Part shown: piece by piece, positions 59,001 to 64,000 of the stretch | Numbering within the stretch: the first letter of the stretch is position 1 | How the letters are laid out: every line of letters begins with the position of its first letter | DNA from: Marine Group III euryarchaeote CG-Bathy1 | Lineage (GTDB): Archaea > Thermoplasmatota > Poseidoniia > MGIII > CG-Epi1 | Assembly (NCBI GenBank): GCA_001875425.1 | Contig: MIYU01000001.1 | Span: 129,804-193,803 of the forward strand | Direction of reading: 5' to 3' | Length of the DNA stretch: 64,000 nt | Made by a program: the position numbers and the translations under genes | Notes under the pieces: model-generated | Databases searched by the model: none | Told to the model about the DNA's origin: nothing | What the model saw: only the letters and a program-made list of their open reading frames with translations

Positions 59001-59324
59001 GCAAAGGCCGGAGGAAAATCAGATGATGACGGTGATAAACCAGCATCCGCAGCACCAGTAGCAGCTGCAACAGAAGCAGCAGCACCAGCAGCACCAAGCA
59101 AGGTAGGTTTGTCTATCAAATCTCCAGATGGCAAGACTGCAAATGTCAAAGTCCCTTCAATCATGCCAGTTCAGAGATTATTGCAAAATTGTGTGAATAA
59201 CAAATTCATACCTGATGCAAACTTCAATGTAATGCTTGATGGAAAGCCAGTTGATCCAAACACTACTTTGGGTGATGCAGGTTTCAAAGACGGCTCAGAA
59301 GTACAACTAGCACCTAAAAAATAG
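53073..59324 (+). CDS. giant (2083 aa) multi-repeat cell-surface protein with a C-terminal TM anchor and a cytoplasmic ubiquitin-like tail domain
   Basis: Signal peptide 'LASWLVMLAAVGALFLVGSADA'. At least 12 Ig-like/CARDB-NEW3-type modules each carry a 'T(V/I)TN.G...D.(F/I)' motif. TM helix at aa 1944-1963 (58902-58961), then an Ala/Lys/Asp-rich linker. The last 73 or so aa align position by position with ubiquitin. Confidence 0.8.
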   Translation: MMNFRPNNTMLASWLVMLAAVGALFLVGSADAGYTVSVTPAEQNGVPEETLSFTITIDNTDPDDDDTFLVNVSFVGSVEQDCDGCWDTWVSQSTLSIDADESGSTNFYVKIGDIAHAEADSDERVLVEVTPTVDNEAYSQDVRVIVDPAYGCTLELLTQESPDLDPFDTYQFDFNITNSDGNAEDNIALSYSASSEDGMSIAYPPQVSDIGMGETAGFSVTISIDETTAAKGTRYISVTATSADGSTNVSTTFQFTVNIYRDIQLSEVDTGSKDIIEGGSVYYGVTVTNVGNSADTFVLSIDESSIPADWDAQLGSLTDTGSLAPGASYTFSEAIFVYAPDDAVADDIALIDIVVTSDADTNTSKSFQTRSTVAQNYKPTIQTTSQTSSGAPGTVVSYTFTVTNAGNGNDEFSIEITEPNADECAQNNAACWGVDLTPDDVTPQMAPDGSFAFTLNITINENALKQSYTVVINATSSGAGSDGSYTTKNVYVEVSARADISLDSSGTSNIEVDAGQTAEYNLTITNDGNDEDDISLSATCEACADGDWTFQFVGGSTVTIAAESSTTVVFRVDSPDDAIANPYTTVITATSSIDETETATTEVITEIKEKFEVDLDSTESQKPGTPSDTVEFSLTVTNDGSGVDEIELTYEFDEASSGEFLEFPSFSNNTVSLNPGESASVTFSLQVSEDADDVSHGITVTATSKNAESEEGISVTDMVSLTVVVQPVYDVRLTSDTTVVTANPSESIDFEMTLENQGTDEDTITITAEYPSAIYSVSISPNAPTVSEGSNVTISVTITVDEDALKDIYNITFTATSENDGTVDATHMLDVDVAQRYEIEILFSDGSYEAAPSEEAVSNVTLTNKGTGDDRVQLSIDNDDCITRYSAENCVGDWGSLAQTLVPAADGSFAAEETAEVALTVTIPSSAEPSVTAGVYYVTVAVQSLDNETAMDFVDIQIVVKTISVDLTGVSTTADIEPGRTGQFTVDVTNDGQVSDTITVTISESSGFGWASFDEDGSTEIQILLAAGAISTVTINLDLPNYDNVTGSEKQKLAADYNYNFKVEAKTSVGSVESSNSVTMTATIEQIYGVTVELINSAVTNASTFPSAEIETTIFDVLITNLGNGQDNFKVETSQPTGLTVNVFNVKSSSSCSDEWSQAQDTINAADDARVYLCLTPQESDLDIGNYPISMSVKARNGGDSPESIDVELEVKEPTRDFSLTVETAVKEVAPEFSSSGTPSSTKNVVKFRIIVQNDGSHDDRFVPDMVEGYNTATNADIGGNGVDWSWDFYESQTETSSNKWGGSQSYELIDSGAQKELWFIIHVDSEDVQSGTYNMTLKVEIEDQEGDIKLSKTTTVSIIVNEPTPGMSLTIYENVKDIQPEYEGTSSDNEIQFKIKIENTGSHTDSFIYVDDPDAVEDGWDIEFQTSTGSTWDDNNGEDIQSTESKDMYVVITVDDEAEVGNYTIRIDIQNSEGDSEASDTAVLYVMVLRPDLALTPADITLLVNNAEANASLIREDDSLAISIAVKNSESSDEFATKADDVLVEVYVYPRTSPEPGSTLATELEFTYGFTQDNDYGFIKMIYSRENRIDVGGRDIGTSDWSVIGGEWYIEVRVDYDSSDDNGKILETNENNNKARYAELLQIKADLSISEVYVDSKYVGNGSSVPNLGDTVTFTATVANTGAADIQDAKLFITGDTTTSNEILKTTSSQSYVEFDVDAGGTKQVTFRWKAGSVASTSKLVSESWNGIRISVNPRCSDFNLFGCDTDLDREFDELNRYQNNEYPSSGQFTQNGYELAFNMLPDFTIAKVKMNPSSPTVGETVAITVTIENVGNTDWEYGSGSLYLVFDDSIGDEVTTQIGSSIDKGGDFDVEFDWIFPEAENKNEIKLSFELDAGSGSNKIEQLSSDNDDEEVTLEVVLPAVLGDVPGVEFLTKRELIPGVPMYIPVVLFLGVFVVGLPVLFKLRSLTAAAAKAEAKAGGKSDDDGDKPASAAPVAAATEAAAPAAPSKVGLSIKSPDGKTANVKVPSIMPVQRLLQNCVNNKFIPDANFNVMLDGKPVDPNTTLGDAGFKDGSEVQLAPKK

Positions 59325-59334
59325 GTACATTTAG

Positions 59335-60516
59335 ATGTACTATGACGCCTTAGTGATAGGCGCAGGACCTAGTGGTTCCAGAGTCGCTTGGAGGCTGGCA
59401 GAAGCCAATCTAAAAGTTGCATTAATTGAAGAAGACTCAATCGTAGGAGAGCCGTGTCAATGCGCAGGTTTAGTCACCCCTAGGACAATCGACTATCTAA
59501 ATTATGATATTCCCATTCTAGGTGAAATGAGCGGGGCTCGCCTTTGGGGTCCTCAAAATTCGTTCCTAGAGTTTCAAGCTAATGAGACTAAAGCATTAGT
59601 CATAAATCGTCCAGATTTAGATCGTTCAATAGCGGATAAGGCCGTTTCAGCAGGCGCCGTTCTAATGACAAATACACAATATCTAGGGTTTAGTAGAATT
59701 GATAGTCATTTGAAAGTAACACTTCAATCTGAAAATAAAACTATAGAGTTAGAAACAGAATTGATTATAGGTTCAGATGGCCCAGCTTCTCGAGTTGCTC
59801 GTGATGCAGAACTTCAAACTTCTAGAGAGGTTCTAGCTGCATTTGGTGGGGACGTAGAAGGTTTAACAACCAAAGAAAATCATGTAGAATTATTCGTCGG
59901 TTCAGAAGTCGCTCCAAGATTCTTTGCTTGGATTATTCCAACAGGCGAATCTACCGGTAGACTAGGTCTTGCTACTTCTCTTCCAAGTAGACCTAAGAAA
60001 TATTTCTGGGATTTATTCAAGAAAGGAGCTCCTTCTGCATTACTTGAAAATGCTAAAATTGTAAATCGAATCAGCGGTCTTATTCCATTCGGTTTACGAA
60101 ATCCCGCATATTCTGATAATGTTATCTTAACTGGTGATGCTGCCGGAATGGCGAAACCAACTTCCGGTGGAGGAATCTATTCAGGTTTAGTTTCAGCAGA
60201 TGCAGCTGTAGATACTGCAATTCTCGCTTTTCAGAAAGGGGATTTATCTGCCTCTACTTTGAAAAGATATCAATTTCTAATAGAATCTGATTTTGCTAAA
60301 GAACTTAAATTAGGTTCATATCTAAGAAGGGCTTTCGTCGAATTAAGTGATTCTCAATTAGCTGAAATAATAAACAGCTTAAATGATCCAAAAATAAAGA
60401 AAACAATACAAGAGTACGGCGATTTAGATTACGCTTCAGCTGTCGCTTTTGCTGTTCTTAAGGTAAAGCCACAAATGATCAAGTTCGCCCCTCTCTTACT
60501 GAAGCCATTTGTTTAA
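59335..60516 (+). CDS. geranylgeranyl reductase-family flavoprotein (digeranylgeranylglycerophospholipid reductase-like)
   Basis: Contains 'YDALVIGAGPSGS' (FAD GxGxxG), 'GSDGPASRV' and 'LTGDAAGMAKPTSGGGI'. Starts 10 nt after the giant gene. Confidence 0.85.
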   Translation: MYYDALVIGAGPSGSRVAWRLAEANLKVALIEEDSIVGEPCQCAGLVTPRTIDYLNYDIPILGEMSGARLWGPQNSFLEFQANETKALVINRPDLDRSIADKAVSAGAVLMTNTQYLGFSRIDSHLKVTLQSENKTIELETELIIGSDGPASRVARDAELQTSREVLAAFGGDVEGLTTKENHVELFVGSEVAPRFFAWIIPTGESTGRLGLATSLPSRPKKYFWDLFKKGAPSALLENAKIVNRISGLIPFGLRNPAYSDNVILTGDAAGMAKPTSGGGIYSGLVSADAAVDTAILAFQKGDLSASTLKRYQFLIESDFAKELKLGSYLRRAFVELSDSQLAEIINSLNDPKIKKTIQEYGDLDYASAVAFAVLKVKPQMIKFAPLLLKPFV

Positions 60517-60537
60517 TTTTTCAGGGAGCATATATTT

Positions 60538-61992
60538 ATGCTCAGATGTTATCATTTAGATGTGACATGGGCCTCAAGAATTTTAACTACCGCCTTTCTT
60601 TTCTTAGTTTTATGCTCTCAAAACTCATCAGCAGAGGATGTTCATTACGATAACCTAAGTATATCTTACGAAGAGTCTTTGGTTCATATCGACGATCAAA
60701 TATTTTTGAAAGATTCTATCGAATTATACGGCAACCTCTCTCTCTATAATTGTACTGTATGGATGGATAAACCGGAAGATGGCTGGTCTGAAATTCGTAT
60801 ACACACTAATGCAACTTTAACCATGGTCAATAGTTCGATTAGACCTACAGAAGAGTTAGAAAATTACATCTTAACTGAAATAGGTCTCGGTTCAGCATAC
60901 GGTTTTGCAGTTGGAGCTGACACCATTCCAAGTACAGATACCTGGGCTCGATTAGATATTTCTAATTCAGATTTTTTCATGACGCATATTCGTTTAAAAC
61001 ATGCGAATGCAACAATAGAAAACAGTACTTTTCACGGTTATCATCACAACAATACTACAGCTATACCTGATGGTCTATGGTCTGAAAATTCTTTTTTAGA
61101 TATTCAAAATTCAAGTTTTATTGATTATGATCAAGGTTTCAAATCCGTAGGCTATTTAGCAAATCACTACAATGTCACTTGTTCAGATTGCATTTTTCTA
61201 ATGTCACAAGAATGGTGGACAAACAATATCTCCTTATTAGATCAAAACGATTTACAAATCAATTATTCAAAATTAGTCAAGTATTTGGATTCTAGTATTT
61301 CTTGTTACAATTCAGGTATTTGTTCCAATTTAACAGGTTGGTTTTGGGTCCCAGAATACTTTATCCTAAGTGATGGAGAGTCGATAGAATATCAGAATAC
61401 CACTCTGATTTTTTCCGTACCGAAGGCATTGTGGACTGAGGATATTAGTAATTTTAAATTGATTTGGTCTGGTACTATTTCTGAAAATAACCCCTCACTT
61501 TCTATCAATCTTAATGATATATTCTTGTCAAATATGATTCTTTATAGCGATAATGAAACTATAGTTGATAATTCCCCTATTAAGAAATATTCAAACGTTT
61601 CCTCATCATTAATTATCAACAATCCTACTGACTTTTCTATTCAGAATTTAGATTTAGAACTCCTAGCAGATAATCAATCAGTTTCTGTTAGAATTTCAGT
61701 TAACATACCTGCTCATTCTAGTATCAATGTAGAGCTTTCCTGTAATTCTCTTTGCTGGTATTCTACAAACGGTAGTTCAAATCAGAGTCCTATTGTTTTG
61801 AGCGCAGTTCTCAGCGCTTCTGATAATGGCGTTTATTATTTCCAGTCTAATACTTCTTCTAATTTATTTTTTACACCTATAACTCCTTTCGTTGAAGATG
61901 AAACCGATCCAAGATTCACAGTCTATTTTACCGTCTTAATCGTTACTTTTGCAATTGGCATAGTCCTTTATCGAAACTTGAATTGGAAGTAA
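60538..61992 (+). CDS. hypothetical secreted, C-terminally TM-anchored protein, extremely rich in N-glycosylation sequons
   Basis: Signal peptide 'ILTTAFLFLVLCSQNSSA' and C-terminal TM 'FTVYFTVLIVTFAIGIVLY'. My hand count gives about 22 N-x-S/T sequons in 484 aa. Confidence 0.5.
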   Translation: MLRCYHLDVTWASRILTTAFLFLVLCSQNSSAEDVHYDNLSISYEESLVHIDDQIFLKDSIELYGNLSLYNCTVWMDKPEDGWSEIRIHTNATLTMVNSSIRPTEELENYILTEIGLGSAYGFAVGADTIPSTDTWARLDISNSDFFMTHIRLKHANATIENSTFHGYHHNNTTAIPDGLWSENSFLDIQNSSFIDYDQGFKSVGYLANHYNVTCSDCIFLMSQEWWTNNISLLDQNDLQINYSKLVKYLDSSISCYNSGICSNLTGWFWVPEYFILSDGESIEYQNTTLIFSVPKALWTEDISNFKLIWSGTISENNPSLSINLNDIFLSNMILYSDNETIVDNSPIKKYSNVSSSLIINNPTDFSIQNLDLELLADNQSVSVRISVNIPAHSSINVELSCNSLCWYSTNGSSNQSPIVLSAVLSASDNGVYYFQSNTSSNLFFTPITPFVEDETDPRFTVYFTVLIVTFAIGIVLYRNLNWK

Positions 61993-61993
61993 T

Positions 61994-62977
61994 ATGGTTG
62001 GTATAACTTTAGGTATAGAATCGACTGCCCACACTGCAGCCGTTGGCATAATCTCTCCCGACGGCACAATTCTAGCAGATGAAAAATCGATTTATACTCC
62101 TGAAAAGGGAAGTGGCATCCATCCTAGAGAAGCAGGAAGACATCATGCAGAAGCTTTACCTAAATTAATTACTGATGCTCTACTTTCTGCTAATTTATCT
62201 TCTTCTGATATTTCACTAGTATCTTTTGCAAGGGGGCCAGGTCTCGGACCATGTTTGAGAACTGGAGCGACCGCAGCTAGATCTTTCGGTCACAAATTAA
62301 ATATCCCAATAATCGGCGTTAATCACTGTGTAGCTCATTTGGAAATAGGTTTACTCGAGGGTGCTACAGATCCGGTCTTACTATATGTGTCTGGTGCGAA
62401 TACACAAGTAATAGCATATTCTAACGGCCGCTTCCGCGTGTTTGGTGAAACGCTTGATATAGGGTTAGGTAACGGCCTTGATAAATTTGGAAGGGAAGTG
62501 GGTCTTGAATTTCCCGGTGGACCAAAAATAGAAAAATTATCTGAAGGTCCCAATTTAATCAATCTTCCATATTCCGTTAAAGGAATGGATATGTCTTTTA
62601 GCGGTTTGATAACTTCAAGTTTGAATAAATTCAAGAGTGGTCAAAAATTAGAGAACGTTTGTTATTCACTTCAGGAAACGGCTTTTGCGATGTCTTGCGA
62701 AGTTGCAGAGCGTGCACTTGCACACACTGGAAAAAATGAATTAGTTTTGGGCGGCGGTGTAGCTTGCAATAGTAGATTAAGAGAAATGGCAGAGACAATG
62801 GCTAAAGAACGAAATGCTACTTGCTTTGTTCCCGAACGCTCTCTTTGCGTAGATAATGGCGTTATGATTGCTTGGCTCGGTAGTGTAATGATGGCCGGTG
62901 ATTATCAATTATCGGAGATAGATAATCAAGTAGATCAAAAATTTAGAACAGACATGGTGGAGGTTTCATGGCGTTAA
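61994..62977 (+). CDS. kae1: tRNA N6-adenosine threonylcarbamoyltransferase Kae1
   Basis: Contains 'LGIESTAHTAAVGI', 'GVNHCVAHLE' (metal-binding His pair) and 'GGGVACNSRLR'. Confidence 0.93.
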   Translation: MVGITLGIESTAHTAAVGIISPDGTILADEKSIYTPEKGSGIHPREAGRHHAEALPKLITDALLSANLSSSDISLVSFARGPGLGPCLRTGATAARSFGHKLNIPIIGVNHCVAHLEIGLLEGATDPVLLYVSGANTQVIAYSNGRFRVFGETLDIGLGNGLDKFGREVGLEFPGGPKIEKLSEGPNLINLPYSVKGMDMSFSGLITSSLNKFKSGQKLENVCYSLQETAFAMSCEVAERALAHTGKNELVLGGGVACNSRLREMAETMAKERNATCFVPERSLCVDNGVMIAWLGSVMMAGDYQLSEIDNQVDQKFRTDMVEVSWR

Positions 62978-63573
62978 ATTTTCGCGGTGCAGAGGCAGTA
63001 GTAACAGAAATTTCTTGGGCAGGTAAATCTGCAATTTCAAAGTTTAGAAATCCAAGAGGGTATCGTCATCCAGATTTAGACGAAAAATTAATTCGTGAAA
63101 GGTTAAGGAATGAAGCTCGTCTATTAGAAAAATCAGCCGAGGCAGACCTCCCAGTTCCATCTCTCTATTCTGTTAATTTAAACGGAACTCTCATTATGGA
63201 AAAGATAGAAGGACCATCGTTGGAAGAATATTTAAAAAGCAATAACGACCTTTCCAAAATTTCAGATTTAGGACATCTCCTTTCTAATATTCATGCTTCA
63301 GGTATTGTTCACGGAGATCCAACAAGTAGTAATTTCATTGTTAGTTCAAAACTTTACGCTATAGATTTTGGTTTAGGCAGTGTTGATGATAGTGACGAAG
63401 CAAGAGCAACAGACATACGGGTTTTACTCGAATCACTCGAAGGCCACCATTCAGATTTGAATTGTAGAGATACTCTTCTAGCTGCTTATTCTAAATGGAA
63501 TAATTCAGGTCCCGTTTTAGAAAGATTAAGAGTTATAGAACTCAGAGGGAGATACAATCTCATGAGAGGTTAG
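62968..63573 (+). CDS. bud32: Bud32/PRPK atypical kinase (KEOPS subunit)
   Basis: About 200 aa with 'IVHGDPTSSNFIV' (catalytic loop) and 'IDFGLG' (DFG). Overlaps the kae1 stop by 10 nt. Confidence 0.85.
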   Translation: MALNFRGAEAVVTEISWAGKSAISKFRNPRGYRHPDLDEKLIRERLRNEARLLEKSAEADLPVPSLYSVNLNGTLIMEKIEGPSLEEYLKSNNDLSKISDLGHLLSNIHASGIVHGDPTSSNFIVSSKLYAIDFGLGSVDDSDEARATDIRVLLESLEGHHSDLNCRDTLLAAYSKWNNSGPVLERLRVIELRGRYNLMRG

Positions 63574-63609
63574 AGTTATTTATCAGTTTCAATTAGAGGG
63601 TTAGATTAT

Positions 63610-64000
63610 ATGTCAGAATTAAACACTTCAGATTCTTTTCGCAACGAAACTTTCGCAGATTTCACAAATGAAGAAGCCGCATCTTCTTTCAGAGAAGCCC
63701 TCTCTACAGCTCGCGATATGTTGGGACAAAATCATCAATTATATATCGGCGGAACATGGAAGGATTCTTCTGATAATTCCACGTTCAATTCAGTTAACCC
63801 TTCTAATCCCAATGAGATTATAGGGACTTTTTCCCGAGGTACAAAAGAAGATGCTGAAGATGCAGTTGTAGCAGCTCAAAATGCATTCACCAGTTGGTCA
63901 AAAACCAATTACATAGATAGAGCAAACCTACTCTTCAAAGTAGCAGACCTAATGAGAGAAAGGCGACATTTATTCAGCGCTATGATGACGTTAGAAGTTG
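63610..64000 (+). CDS. aldehyde dehydrogenase, 1-pyrroline-5-carboxylate dehydrogenase-like; N-terminal part, continues beyond the window
   Basis: ATG at 63610 and open to the window end. 'FADFTNEEAASSFREAL...LYIGGTWKDS...FNSVNPSNPNEIIGTF' is a typical P5CDH/ALDH N-terminus. Confidence 0.75.
   Translation, partial: MSELNTSDSFRNETFADFTNEEAASSFREALSTARDMLGQNHQLYIGGTWKDSSDNSTFNSVNPSNPNEIIGTFSRGTKEDAEDAVVAAQNAFTSWSKTNYIDRANLLFKVADLMRERRHLFSAMMTLEV

Noticed and set aside
58454-59164. 236-aa minus-strand ORF (Ala/Ser/Thr-rich) inside the 3' end of the giant surface-protein gene
   Set aside because: It is antisense to a strongly supported CDS. Its composition mirrors the GCA/GCT-rich sense strand, and it has no recognisable motifs or start context.
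1-64000. CRISPR arrays, transposases/IS elements and rRNA genes
   Set aside because: I saw no short regularly spaced direct repeats, no transposase or integrase-like ORFs and no rRNA-like non-coding stretches. The coding density leaves no room for them.

Overview
AT-rich, very gene-dense archaeal chromosome segment. About 60 genes fill nearly all 64 kb, and many neighbours share ATGA/TAATG stop-start overlaps. GTG and TTG starts are frequent. The archaeal call rests on aIF6, eL31, eL39, eS19, eL21, eL41, Pus10, Kae1 and Bud32, PriS, Taw1, deoxyhypusine synthase, Rpo4/F and Hef. Adding gyrase, an extracellular protease and a giant surface protein suggests a planktonic heterotrophic Thermoplasmatota/Euryarchaeota lineage (Marine Group II/III-like); that placement is inference only. 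Most of the window is housekeeping: gyrA, purH, pheS/pheT, asnS, nrdJ, nadE, pckA, mdh, folC-like, one tRNA-Val. I found no CRISPR array, transposase, integrase or recognisable defence system. Four loci stand out. (1) 510-9062 is a nine-gene translationally coupled minus-strand operon. It joins tryptophan 2,3-dioxygenase to an AmnAB-like LigB dioxygenase pair, an aldehyde dehydrogenase, a RidA deaminase and four unusual enzymes, and may be a non-canonical archaeal tryptophan/aminophenol ring-cleavage pathway. (2) 24032-27169 is a single ORF fusing a secreted subtilisin to a complete MFS transporter, flanked by a secreted beta-propeller protein and a C26 gamma-glutamyl peptidase. (3) 53073-59324 encodes a 2083-aa multi-repeat surface protein whose cytoplasmic tail ends in a ubiquitin-like domain. 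A divergent RHH regulator and a perfect palindrome lie upstream. (4) The only canonical start codon of ksgA/rsmA lies inside the tRNA-Val gene on the same strand. Three small genes below the ORF-track cutoff were recovered by hand: eL39, eL41 and an AbrB-like protein.
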